From: a virus | Lineage: Duplodnaviria; Caudoviricetes | Length of the DNA stretch: 28,085 nt | Reading direction: 5' to 3' (one strand) | IMG/VR virus record: IMGVR_UViG_3300049982_000030 | Coordinates: 1-28,085 of that record | In this document: in pieces, positions 1 through 8,051 of the stretch | How the letters are laid out: each line of letters begins with the position of its first letter | How positions within the stretch are numbered: position 1 is the stretch's first letter | The notes under the pieces: model-generated | What the model was told of the DNA's origin: nothing | Database searches by the model: none | What the model saw: only the letters and a program-made list of their open reading frames with translations | Position numbers and translations under genes: made by a program

Positions 1-70
1 AGGTCGGACGGCCGGTGTCTGGTCCACCACTAGATCGTTCAAATGAGCGAAAGCGCTACAGCTCGGCACG

Positions 71-637
71 TCACAACTCGGCAACGGAATCGGACACGCC
101 GGTAGCTTGGCGTGACGCAGTTAACTCTGCCTCCAGCGCATCCACACGCGCTCGCAGCTCCTTGCGGTGACTCTCCGCACCCTTGCCCGGTACTTTCTGT
201 GCATCCCAGTCGGCCAGGTTCGCCAGTGCGACCTGCAGCTCGGCCTCGATCGTGGTAATTGGCCGCAGGCGTACAGGCAGGCGAGCAACCGTCGCTGGCG
301 GCTGCTCCGCCTCCCGTCCGACCGCCCGTCTCAGCAACTCGCGAAGCAGCACCTCATCATCCACTGCGGTGATCTGGTGCACGATGGCCGGCGCCTGAAC
401 TCCGGGGATGCCTAGCGCCTCAACAGCGACGGTAGTTACGTGCGCAGTTGTGACATTGAAGGCGCTAGCAAGCGCCTCGAGAGTTGTCGTCCGCGGTAAT
501 TGAGGCAGTACGTCCCGGTCGTCGTTCAGCAGGGTGCTGACGAGCTGCTTCGACAACCCCGAAGCCTTGACCAGGTCCCGTGCTTGCCAGCCGCGGTTAT
601 CCAGTTCGGACTGGATGAATCGCCGCAGTGCGTGCAT
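71..637 (-). CDS. Immunity repressor (XRE/Cro-CI HTH)
   Basis: N-terminal HTH (LRRFIQSELDNRGWQARDLVKASGLSKQLVSTLL...TLEALASAF). Start moved to ATG 637, which has GGAGG upstream on the minus strand. Divergent from a Cro-like gene. No S24 autocleavage domain visible. Confidence 0.85.
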   Translation of the reverse strand: MHALRRFIQSELDNRGWQARDLVKASGLSKQLVSTLLNDDRDVLPQLPRTTTLEALASAFNVTTAHVTTVAVEALGIPGVQAPAIVHQITAVDDEVLLRELLRRAVGREAEQPPATVARLPVRLRPITTIEAELQVALANLADWDAQKVPGKGAESHRKELRARVDALEAELTASRQATGVSDSVAEL

Positions 638-686
638 GGTGTGAGGTTCCTCCGCCCGTTGAGTCGATGTACAGGTGGTCCGAGAC

Positions 687-713
687 GATCGGTCAAGCAC
701 CACTGGACCGATC
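687..713. promoter_or_regulatory. Operator-like inverted repeat
   Basis: GATCGGTCAAG-CACCA-CTGGACCGATC: 11-bp arms with one mismatch. Core GTCAAG-N5-CTGGAC at 692-708. Confidence 0.65.
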
Positions 714-796
714 TTCCCCCGATCCCGTCAAGCAAGCCACCGCCACGCCGAGCGCCCTGCGCCGCGTAAATCCCTCGAAACCAGGCATTAGACCGC

Positions 797-826
797 TTGA
801 CACCGAGTCAACTGATATGCGACCTT
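797..826 (+). promoter_or_regulatory. Probable rightward early promoter; back-to-back -35 hexamers
   Basis: TTGACA at 797-802 inside the palindrome TTGAC-ACCGA-GTCAA (797-811), which also gives TTGACT on the minus strand. The -10 is non-consensus. Confidence 0.5.
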
Positions 827-828
827 AA

Positions 829-845
829 GTCCAACGGTGCTTGAC
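829..845. promoter_or_regulatory. Operator-like site upstream of cro
   Basis: GTCCAA-CGGTG-CTTGAC; its reverse complement GTCAAGCACCGTTGGAC matches 692-708 (GTCAAGCACCACTGGAC) at 15/17. Confidence 0.65.
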
Positions 846-868
846 AAGCACACGAAGGAGGCGACAGA

Positions 869-1168
869 GTGATCCCTGCACACACACGCCGGCGTCAACG
901 AGCCAAGGGGCGATGGATGAAACTCCGCAAGCGGGAGTTGCTGAAGGCGTATCGCGAGCAGAAGGGCCTCTCGCAGGCCGGACTCGGCCGGTACGCGAAC
1001 TGCAGTCGCCAGTTCATCTGGCAGCTGGAGAGCGGGGATCGCAACACCTGCACCAAGGACATCGCGAAGCTCGTCGAGGAGGCCCTCGGGCTGCTCCCCG
1101 GCACACTTTTTGAGCCCAAAGAGTCGTCCGCAATTGGACCGCTGGTCAAAAAGCGGGTGGCAGCATGA
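869..1168 (+). CDS. Cro-like HTH protein
   Basis: XRE HTH (LLKAYREQKGLSQAGLGRYANCSRQFIWQLESG); strong SD AAGGAGG before GTG; divergent from repressor. Confidence 0.85.
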   Translation: MIPAHTRRRQRAKGRWMKLRKRELLKAYREQKGLSQAGLGRYANCSRQFIWQLESGDRNTCTKDIAKLVEEALGLLPGTLFEPKESSAIGPLVKKRVAA

Positions 1169-1602
1169 CGACACGTGAGCAGATCGCAGCCATCCAGGAC
1201 CCGGCAAGGCGTGAGCACTTCATGTACTGGGCCTACGACGCGAGCGGCGGCCTGCTCTACGTCGGATGCACGATGCAGCCGGAACTCCGACTGCAGGGGC
1301 ACCGCTCCAACCGTGCGGCCTGGCTGGAGTACGTCGTCCGCTACCGCGCGTTCGGCCCGTACAACTACGAGACCGCTCGCCGCATGGAGCACGCAGCGAT
1401 CCTCGAGTACGAGCCGCCGTTCAATGCGCAGACGCCGGCATACCTGGCCGTCAAGGCAGACGAGAGCCGTCGCTTCGAGGAGCTGCTCGCCAAGTACCTA
1501 TTGGCGGGGATGACACGCGATGCCGCTGGGAAACGGGCGCTCGCTGAGGTGGACGCGGGCCGGCCACAGCACCGGCTCTACCGGCCCCTGGTGTCGGCAT
1601 GA
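1165..1602 (+). CDS. GIY-YIG nuclease family protein
   Basis: FMYWAYD-x5-LYVGCT, RLQGH, helix with catalytic Glu (ARRMEHAAI) and PPFN; ATGA overlap. Confidence 0.8.
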   Translation: MTTREQIAAIQDPARREHFMYWAYDASGGLLYVGCTMQPELRLQGHRSNRAAWLEYVVRYRAFGPYNYETARRMEHAAILEYEPPFNAQTPAYLAVKADESRRFEELLAKYLLAGMTRDAAGKRALAEVDAGRPQHRLYRPLVSA

Positions 1603-1796
1603 CCAGCGCCAAGCAGCAGATGCTCACCGTCTCCGGCGTCGCAGACGAGCTCGCGATCTCGGCCGAGCATGTCCGCCGCATGATCCGGCGCGGCGAACTG
1701 GCCGCCGTGAACATCGCGACCTCCGGCCGCCCGAACTACCGGGTGTCCCGCGCAGCGCTCGATCGGTACCTCACCGACCACGCCGTCGCGTCCTGA
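1599..1796 (+). CDS. Excisionase-like MerR-type HTH protein
   Basis: MLTVSGVADELAISAEHVRRMIRRGELAA...YRVSRAALDRYL, typical of Xis/HTH_17. Confidence 0.85.
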   Translation: MTSAKQQMLTVSGVADELAISAEHVRRMIRRGELAAVNIATSGRPNYRVSRAALDRYLTDHAVAS

Positions 1797-1867
1797 CCCC
1801 AGACATGCCAACGCCGCCGGGCTCGCGACCAAGCAGAAACCGACGGCATCAGACAAGGAGAACGTAC

Positions 1868-1987
1868 ATGAGTTCGCTGAAGAAGAACGCGAAGTGGGTC
1901 GCCAGGGGAGTGTGGACCGCGGTCTGGGTCACGGCCCTTCTGGCTGTCGGTGTCTGGCTGGTTCTGCCGCCGGTGATCCACCCGTGA
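1868..1987 (+). CDS. Small single-pass membrane protein (39 aa)
   Basis: SD AAGGAG then ATG 1868; basic N-terminus followed by a hydrophobic helix. Confidence 0.65.
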   Translation: MSSLKKNAKWVARGVWTAVWVTALLAVGVWLVLPPVIHP

Positions 1988-2187
1988 TCGCCGACGTGGT
2001 GGTCCTCCCGGCCACGTTCACCTGCCTTCGCTGCATGGAGAACCCGGCTCTCCCGACTGGCCTCTGGTGCGCGGTGTGCGCGCCGATCGTGGACGCGCTT
2101 CCGGCTGAGCCGGTCGACGGCGGCCTCGAGGGCTGCATCTCCCGCCACCCCGCAGACAAGCAGCGCACGACGGGAGCCGACCGATGA
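1984..2187 (+). CDS. Small zinc-finger hypothetical protein
   Basis: GTGA overlap; CLRC...CAVC pairs; fills the gap between coupled genes. Confidence 0.6.
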   Translation: MIADVVVLPATFTCLRCMENPALPTGLWCAVCAPIVDALPAEPVDGGLEGCISRHPADKQRTTGADR

Positions 2188-2504
2188 TCGGCCCGCACGC
2201 AACACCCGCCGCCGCCTACGCCGCACTGGGCGAGTTCCTGACCGTGGATGCGCCGAAGTTGATGAGCGTCCAGATCTCGAACGAGTACGAGACGCCGCGG
2301 GGCGCTCCGAACCTCATCACCTACACCGCGAAGATCCACGTCCCGGAGGCCGCGTTCCCCGCCTGGCTGGAGCTGCACGGCTTCACCGCCGCCGACGCGA
2401 TCCGAGGCGAGTGGACGAAGGACCGTGATGTGTTGCGGGTCGTCAGCCACACCGGCGTCGAGATCTTCTGCCTGACCGACAAGCCGACGGGCGGTGCGTC
2501 ATGA
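2184..2504 (+). CDS. Hypothetical protein
   Basis: ATGA overlaps at both ends; GC3-rich codons. Confidence 0.7.
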   Translation: MIGPHATPAAAYAALGEFLTVDAPKLMSVQISNEYETPRGAPNLITYTAKIHVPEAAFPAWLELHGFTAADAIRGEWTKDRDVLRVVSHTGVEIFCLTDKPTGGAS

Positions 2505-2686
2505 CCGCCTGCAACCACGAACGCAAGGGCGTCGTCATCAGCGGCGCCGGCGAAGGGCGCTGTTCACACGCACCGGTTTGCGAGCGGCCCGAGTGCGTCG
2601 CCGAGGCCCTTGCCTGGGCCGCGCACTGGACCGGCCTGCCCGCCCGCCACCTGCTCGACGCACAGAAGACCGAGGTGTCGGCATGA
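2501..2686 (+). CDS. Small Cys/His hypothetical protein
   Basis: ATGA coupling; CNH, CSH and C-x4-C residues. Confidence 0.6.
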   Translation: MTACNHERKGVVISGAGEGRCSHAPVCERPECVAEALAWAAHWTGLPARHLLDAQKTEVSA

Positions 2687-3087
2687 CCGTCCACGCCTTC
2701 CCGATCCTGACCGGCACGCTGGCCGAGAGCGACTACATCACCCAGAAGCACGAGTGCAACCTCGGCATTCGCTTCGACGCGGACGATTGCGTCGCCTGCG
2801 TCGGCTGCGGCCACGCCGAGTGCCGCCACCGCGTCACGGACCTGCCGAAGCCGATCGACACCAGCGGCATGAGCGCGGCGCAGATCGTCGAAGCCCGCAA
2901 GGTCGAAGCGCTCTCGCTGCACGCCGCGATCACCGCCACCCCATGCGAGGTCAACGGCTGCGACTGCACGCGCATGAAGTGCGGCGACGAATGCGTCACC
3001 TGCTCTGGCGACGGCAACGTCGAGGACGAGCGGACCGGGCGCACCTACACCTGCCGCGAGTGCGGCGGATACGGCGTGGTCGCATGA
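2683..3087 (+). CDS. Cys-rich protein with DnaJ-type zinc finger
   Basis: ATG 2683 after GAGGT; CVTCSGDG...CRECGGYG (CxxCxGxG twice) plus further Cys/His clusters. Confidence 0.7.
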   Translation: MTVHAFPILTGTLAESDYITQKHECNLGIRFDADDCVACVGCGHAECRHRVTDLPKPIDTSGMSAAQIVEARKVEALSLHAAITATPCEVNGCDCTRMKCGDECVTCSGDGNVEDERTGRTYTCRECGGYGVVA

Positions 3088-3920
3088 CCAGCCCGACCTA
3101 CGCCAACCAGTTGCCCGGTCGCGGCCGGTACTACTTCCACCCCAACGGCACGGAGCAATGGCCCTCGGTCACGAACGTGCTCGACACGTCGATCTCCAAG
3201 CCGGCGCTCGTCCCGTGGGCCGCGAAGATCACCGCCGAGAAGGCGTGGAAGACACTGCCGCAGATGGTGAAGGCGTCCCGCACCGCGAAGGATCGCGAAG
3301 CCCTCACCAAGGTGATCAAGGGCGAAGTCCGGATCGCGAAGGACATGGCCGCCGACCTCGGCTCCCGCGTCCACGCAATCGCAGAGGCGTACGTGCTCGG
3401 CAAGCCCATGGCCGACGACCCCGAGGCGCAGCCCTTCGTCGACCAGGTCCTCCGCTTCTACAGCGACTACGGCATCAACCCCGAGCTCGACATCGAAGCA
3501 GCCGAGGCGACCGTCATCAACCGCCGCGTCGGGTACGCCGGCACCGGCGACCTGTGGGTGTGGCTGAACCTCGACGGCGAACGCCGCCTCTGGCTTCTCG
3601 ACTACAAGACGAGCCTGACCCGGCCCGCGAACTCGGTCTACCCGGAGTACGGCATGCAGCTCGCCGCGATCGCCAAGGCGGACACGTTCCTCCTCGACGA
3701 CGGCACCGAGATCCCCGCGCCCGGCCCGATCCACGGCACCGCGATCTTGAACCTCCGCACCAAGGACTACGGGCTCTGGCGGATGCCCTACGACGGCGAC
3801 CTGAACGCCGCCTTCAACGCCTTCAAGGGCGCACTGACCAACACCAAGTACCTGCACTCCCTGTACGGCGCGAAGCCCGTACCGGTGAGCGCACCTGAGC
3901 GAGAGAAGGGGGCAGCCTGA
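3084..3920 (+). CDS. PD-(D/E)XK (Cas4/RecB-like) exonuclease
   Basis: PSVTNVL, GSRVH, YAGTGD, LLDYKTS and QLAA motifs; ATG 3084 overlaps the upstream stop. Confidence 0.85.
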   Translation: MTSPTYANQLPGRGRYYFHPNGTEQWPSVTNVLDTSISKPALVPWAAKITAEKAWKTLPQMVKASRTAKDREALTKVIKGEVRIAKDMAADLGSRVHAIAEAYVLGKPMADDPEAQPFVDQVLRFYSDYGINPELDIEAAEATVINRRVGYAGTGDLWVWLNLDGERRLWLLDYKTSLTRPANSVYPEYGMQLAAIAKADTFLLDDGTEIPAPGPIHGTAILNLRTKDYGLWRMPYDGDLNAAFNAFKGALTNTKYLHSLYGAKPVPVSAPEREKGAA

Positions 3921-5014
3921 TGTCGCGCATCGCGAACAGGCAACGGCAGATGGCCGAGCAGGGGCGGTTGCGCTGCGGCTACACCACCGAGGGGCAGAAC
4001 GGGAAGCTGCGTCCGGTCAAGTCGAACACGTGGATCGTCACCTCGCACAGCGAGGAGCACGTCCAGGCCGCCGCCGCACTGTGGGGCGGGACGGCCGAGC
4101 GGTGGCAGCCGCAGGGCAACGGCGCCGAGCAGTGGCGGGTAATCACGAACGCGAATGCGATCGACGCGATCCTCCCGCCCGGCGACCCACTGACGCAGGC
4201 CTACGAGACATGGTCGCGTGGCGGCTGCCAGCTCCGCTGTGACGGGATCACCGAGCAGCTGCAGGGCGCGCCGTGCGTGTGCTTCGCGAAGTTCGGCGAG
4301 AACTGGCACGAGCAGCCCAAGGGCCGGGTCTGCGACTCGAAGTCCCGCCTCAAGGTCCTGCTGCCCGACATGCCTGGCCTGGGCGTCTGGCGTATGGAGA
4401 CGGGGTCGTACTACGCGACCGACGAGATCGCGGGCATGGTCGACGTGATCCGCGGCTCGGTCGGCGACCAGACCCTCGTGCCGGTGCGGCTCCGGATCGA
4501 GCCGCGCATGCGGGTCGCCGATGGCCAGACGAAGCAGTTCATCGTGCCTGTGCTCGAGCTGCGTGGGGTGACGGCCGGCGAATTGCTGGCCGGGAACATC
4601 ACCCGTGCCGCGATCGGTGGTGCTCCTGCTGCGGCTGCAGCGATCGAGGCGAAGCGCCCGGACTATCTGGCCGAGGCGAAGGCGGCGACGACAGCGGAAC
4701 AGGTCATGGAGATCTGGACCCGCGCGAACGAAGCGAAGCACATGACCGAGGACCTGCACCGGGCGATCGGTGACATCGGCCGGGCCCTGAAGGCAGCGGA
4801 CACCGAGCCGAAGGACGCGGAGATCGTCGAGCAGTCGGGCGACAAGGACGAACTGTGGCAGCAGATCGTCACCGTTGCCGGCGGCATGGACATGGACCTG
4901 TTCGTGATCGAGGAGGACTTCGCAGCCAAGAACAGGGGCACTACGCCCGAGGCCGCGACCGTGACCGACCTGCGCACCTACCTCGCCGACCTGGAGCGGA
5001 GGGCCGCGGCGTGA
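3920..5014 (+). CDS. phiC31 gp3-like (recombination directionality factor family) protein
   Basis: N-terminus RQMAEQGRLRCG...RPVKSNTWIVTS, CDG...CVC...C-x4-RLKVLLPDMPGLGVWRMETGSYYA and F.VPVL recall this family; assignment is from memory. Confidence 0.65.
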   Translation: MSRIANRQRQMAEQGRLRCGYTTEGQNGKLRPVKSNTWIVTSHSEEHVQAAAALWGGTAERWQPQGNGAEQWRVITNANAIDAILPPGDPLTQAYETWSRGGCQLRCDGITEQLQGAPCVCFAKFGENWHEQPKGRVCDSKSRLKVLLPDMPGLGVWRMETGSYYATDEIAGMVDVIRGSVGDQTLVPVRLRIEPRMRVADGQTKQFIVPVLELRGVTAGELLAGNITRAAIGGAPAAAAAIEAKRPDYLAEAKAATTAEQVMEIWTRANEAKHMTEDLHRAIGDIGRALKAADTEPKDAEIVEQSGDKDELWQQIVTVAGGMDMDLFVIEEDFAAKNRGTTPEAATVTDLRTYLADLERRAAA

Positions 5015-5739
5015 GCTGGCACAGAGGACCGCTGTTCGGCTTCGACCTCGAGAGCTCGGGTGTCGATGTGGCGAACGACCGCATCGTCACTGCGGCGATC
5101 GTCGACATCCGGCCGGGTGAACCGACCCGCACCCGGACTTGGCTCGTCAACCCCGGAATCGCTATCCCGGAGGATGCCACGAAGGTGCACGGGATCACCA
5201 CGGAGAAGGCCCGCGCCGAAGGCCAGCACCCGTCGGTCGCGCTGGAGGAGATCGCACTCGAGCTCACCGTCGCGCTCGCTGGCGGCGTCCCGATCGTCGC
5301 GTTCAACGGCAGCTTCGACCTGTCGATGACCGACCGGGAGCTGCTGCGCTACAAGCTCGGCGGCCTGGAGGAGCGGCTCGGCTCGTACGACGCCGTCGCC
5401 CCGGTGCTCGATCCGCATGTGCTGGACAAGCGGTTCGACAAGTTCCGCAGGGGTTCCCGGACCCTGACCGCGACGTGCGGTGTGTACGGCGTACCGCTGG
5501 ACAACGCGCACGCGGCGGATGCTGATGCGATCGCGGCCTGCCGGCTGTTGTTCAAGCTGGCGTCCAAGTTCGACCTGTCAGCGGAGTTCACGCTGCACCA
5601 GATCCACGACGGGCAGGTCGAGTGGCGCGCTGAGCAGATGGCTTCTCTAGCTGAGTACTTCCGCAAGCAGGGCAAGGACGCGAGCGACGTGGACGGCTCG
5701 TGGCCGATCCGCCGGCTCGCCGAACAGCAGGCCGCGTGA
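5011..5739 (+). CDS. DnaQ-like DEDDh 3'-5' exonuclease
   Basis: ExoI FDLESSG, VHGIT, ExoII AFNGSFD, ExoIII AHAADADA; GTG 5011. Confidence 0.92.
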   Translation: MSWHRGPLFGFDLESSGVDVANDRIVTAAIVDIRPGEPTRTRTWLVNPGIAIPEDATKVHGITTEKARAEGQHPSVALEEIALELTVALAGGVPIVAFNGSFDLSMTDRELLRYKLGGLEERLGSYDAVAPVLDPHVLDKRFDKFRRGSRTLTATCGVYGVPLDNAHAADADAIAACRLLFKLASKFDLSAEFTLHQIHDGQVEWRAEQMASLAEYFRKQGKDASDVDGSWPIRRLAEQQAA

Positions 5740-5927
5740 CCCCGCCGCTGGTCCACCGCACCGTCACCTGGGTCACTCCGGCTGGCAGGTGGCGCTGGAA
5801 CTGCCAGGACTGCCCCGCGAAGGCCAGCGGCTACCACACCGAACAGAAAGCGCTGCGCATCGCCGCGATCCACGAAGACCCATCCCGCAACACACAGGGC
5901 AGCCCGGCTGCCGCGACCAAGAACTGA
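5736..5927 (+). CDS. Small hypothetical protein (CxxC...H)
   Basis: GTGA overlap; WRWNCQDC...AAIH. Confidence 0.55.
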   Translation: MTPPLVHRTVTWVTPAGRWRWNCQDCPAKASGYHTEQKALRIAAIHEDPSRNTQGSPAAATKN

Positions 5928-5941
5928 AAGAGACCGAGCCC

Positions 5942-6319
5942 ATGAAGAAGCGCACCCTCGCCGCCCTGATCGCGGCACCTGTCGTCGTCGCCGGCGGCCT
6001 CACTGCCTTCGCCGCGACCGACAACAAGGCAACCGACGCCACAGCGAACACGCCCCGCCCGACCGTCACTCAGACCGTGACCGCGCCGGCCAAGCCCGCC
6101 GCGACCGTGACCACGACTGTCGCTGTCCCGACCGTCCCGCAGTCCTGCCTGGACGCGCTCGACAACGCCGACCTCGGCTTCACCTACGCCGGGCAGGCGC
6201 TGAACGCGGCGGCCGACTTCGACGTCGCGACGATGAACGCGATCACGGACAAGCTGACCGAGCTCGCCCCGATCTACAACACGAACAAGGCCGCCTGCCG
6301 CGCGGTTGGTGGCAACTGA
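5942..6319 (+). CDS. Secreted or membrane-anchored protein
   Basis: Signal-like MKKRTLAALIAAPVVVAGGLTAFAA, Thr/Pro linker, helical domain flanked by two Cys. Confidence 0.75.
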   Translation: MKKRTLAALIAAPVVVAGGLTAFAATDNKATDATANTPRPTVTQTVTAPAKPAATVTTTVAVPTVPQSCLDALDNADLGFTYAGQALNAAADFDVATMNAITDKLTELAPIYNTNKAACRAVGGN

Positions 6320-6513
6320 TGAGCGACAACAGCAGGTCCAGCGGAGGCGTCGGCTTTACCGGACTGCTCACCGTCTTGTTCGTCGGACTCAAGCTCGGCA
6401 AGGTCATCGACTGGTCCTGGTGGTGGGTCTTGTCGCCGCTCTGGATCTCGACCGCCTGCGCTGTCGTCATCATCGCCGTGGTGCTGCTGGTGCTGGCGGT
6501 GAGGGAGCGATGA
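6319..6513 (+). CDS. Small phage membrane protein
   Basis: GFTGLLTVLFVGLKLGKVIDWSWWWVLSPLWI, a widespread two-TM phage family. Confidence 0.85.
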   Translation: MSDNSRSSGGVGFTGLLTVLFVGLKLGKVIDWSWWWVLSPLWISTACAVVIIAVVLLVLAVRER

Positions 6514-7055
6514 GCGGGCTGCAGCAGGTCGTCGCCAAGTTCCTGGCCGAGCGCGACCAGGTCATCACCGCGATCAACAACTGCCCGGCCTCCAACATGG
6601 AGGACTACTGGCGCTGGCAGGGCAACGCCGAAGCGCGCCGCACTCTCAGTCAGGACCTGGAGCGAGACGGCATCGACCTGACGGCTGAGCCCGCCCCGGT
6701 CGCCAGCCGGACCCTTGTCGCCATGACCGTGGCTGGGCATGAAGCCCGCTACATCGTCCAGGACGGACGGCCCCGCTGGTTCTGCCCGTGCGGCGAATGG
6801 GAGACCGACGATGTGATGTTGGTCGTCCATGGCCACGCAAGCCACCTCGCCGCCCTGGTGATGGCTATCGGCGTGTTCCGCGACGAGGCCACCGTGAAGG
6901 CCGAGGCCATCCGCGAAGCCGCCGAAGTCCAGCGCCAGTACGCCGCCGACGCCCGCACTCAGTACGGCGAAGCCGAGCACACCAACATCGCCGACTGGCT
7001 CGACGAGCACGCCACCGCCATCGACCCGGCCCGGCTCGAAGGAGCGCACCCGTGA
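6510..7055 (+). CDS. Hypothetical protein
   Basis: ATG 6510 after GAGGGAG; internal WFCPCG...H-x3-H. Confidence 0.7.
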   Translation: MSGLQQVVAKFLAERDQVITAINNCPASNMEDYWRWQGNAEARRTLSQDLERDGIDLTAEPAPVASRTLVAMTVAGHEARYIVQDGRPRWFCPCGEWETDDVMLVVHGHASHLAALVMAIGVFRDEATVKAEAIREAAEVQRQYAADARTQYGEAEHTNIADWLDEHATAIDPARLEGAHP

Positions 7056-7276
7056 ACAAGTTCAAGGTCGGAGACGAGATCCACGGCTTCGCACGCGGTG
7101 CATTCGGACGCGACTCATACGACTGCCGGATCGTCGAAGCGGTCGGCCGCGACTGGGCCGTCACCCGGAACACGAACGGCGAGCCCGAGATGGTCTCAGG
7201 CGACAGGGTAGATCTGGCCTACCACGCGCGAACCGACCGCAGCTACTGCGACGACGAGTGCGAGGCCAAGCCATGA
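7052..7276 (+). CDS. Hypothetical protein (SH3-like small phage family)
   Basis: GTGA overlap with SD AAGGAG; FKVGD...GAFGRDSY...VEAVGRDWAV. Confidence 0.7.
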   Translation: MNKFKVGDEIHGFARGAFGRDSYDCRIVEAVGRDWAVTRNTNGEPEMVSGDRVDLAYHARTDRSYCDDECEAKP

Positions 7277-7467
7277 GCAAGACCACAGACCGCGCGGCCA
7301 CCGCCGCTGGACTCGTCCTCGGTGCGGCCCTCGTCGGCTACCCCGTCGGTGCGCTCCTCGCCCGCCGCTACCTCGCCACACCCATCACCGCCACGCCGGC
7401 CAAGCCCTACAGCCAGAGCGACGCCGTCGTCACCAGCATCAGCAACCTGAAGGGAGCGGGCAAGTGA
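7273..7467 (+). CDS. Small membrane protein
   Basis: ATGA coupling; hydrophobic AAGLVLGAALVGYPVGALLA. Confidence 0.6.
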   Translation: MSKTTDRAATAAGLVLGAALVGYPVGALLARRYLATPITATPAKPYSQSDAVVTSISNLKGAGK

Positions 7468-8051
7468 TCATCGCCGGACTCGACACCTCGCTCACCTCAA
7501 CCGGGCTCGTCCTCATCGGGACCACCCCCGACCTGGACTGGCGGGTCAAGCTCCACCGGGTCGAGAGCAAAGCGCCCACAACCGGCCGCGACCAGAAGAC
7601 CGGCAAGAAACTCGCACCGACCCTGAAGCAGCGCCTCGACCGACTCACTGACATCGAAGACGCCATCGTCGCGCGCCTCAACGGCGTCACCTTCGCCGTC
7701 ATCGAATCACCATCCTTCGGCAGCGTCGGCTCAGCGAGCCGCGACCTCGCCGGCCTCTGGTGGCGCGTCGTCGGCAAACTCGACGGACTCGGCATCCCCG
7801 TCGCCGAAGTCTCCCCGTCCGGCCGCATCAAGTACGCACTCGGCACCGGGCGCGGTGACAAGGACCGCGTCCTCGCCGCCGTCATCAAGCGCTACCCCGA
7901 CCTCGATGTCACAGGCAACGACGTCGCCGACGCCCTCGTGCTCGCCGCGATGGGCGCCAGGTGGCTCGGCCACCCGATCGAAGACTCACTGCCCGCCAAC
8001 CACATCGCAGCAATGGACGGCGCGCACTGGCCCGAGGCGGTGGCGGCATGA
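7464..8051 (+). CDS. ruvC: RuvC-like Holliday junction resolvase
   Basis: IAGLDTSLTSTG, AVIESP, KYALGTGRGDKDRV and DVADAL catalytic pattern. Confidence 0.9.
   Translation: MIIAGLDTSLTSTGLVLIGTTPDLDWRVKLHRVESKAPTTGRDQKTGKKLAPTLKQRLDRLTDIEDAIVARLNGVTFAVIESPSFGSVGSASRDLAGLWWRVVGKLDGLGIPVAEVSPSGRIKYALGTGRGDKDRVLAAVIKRYPDLDVTGNDVADALVLAAMGARWLGHPIEDSLPANHIAAMDGAHWPEAVAA

Noticed and set aside
2610-3083. N-terminal extensions in the ORF track (e.g. 2610, 4855, 7961, 10989, 15306, 26519)
   Set aside because: They overlap upstream genes in another frame; starts were reassigned to coupled ATGA/GTGA junctions or SD-supported codons.
3084-3920. Cas4-like nuclease as evidence of a CRISPR system
   Set aside because: No repeat-spacer array or other cas genes in the window; this is a standard phage exonuclease.
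7464-8051. RuvC fold as TnpB/Cas12 or a transposon
   Set aside because: 195-aa stand-alone resolvase with no zinc ribbon, IS ends or RNA scaffold.
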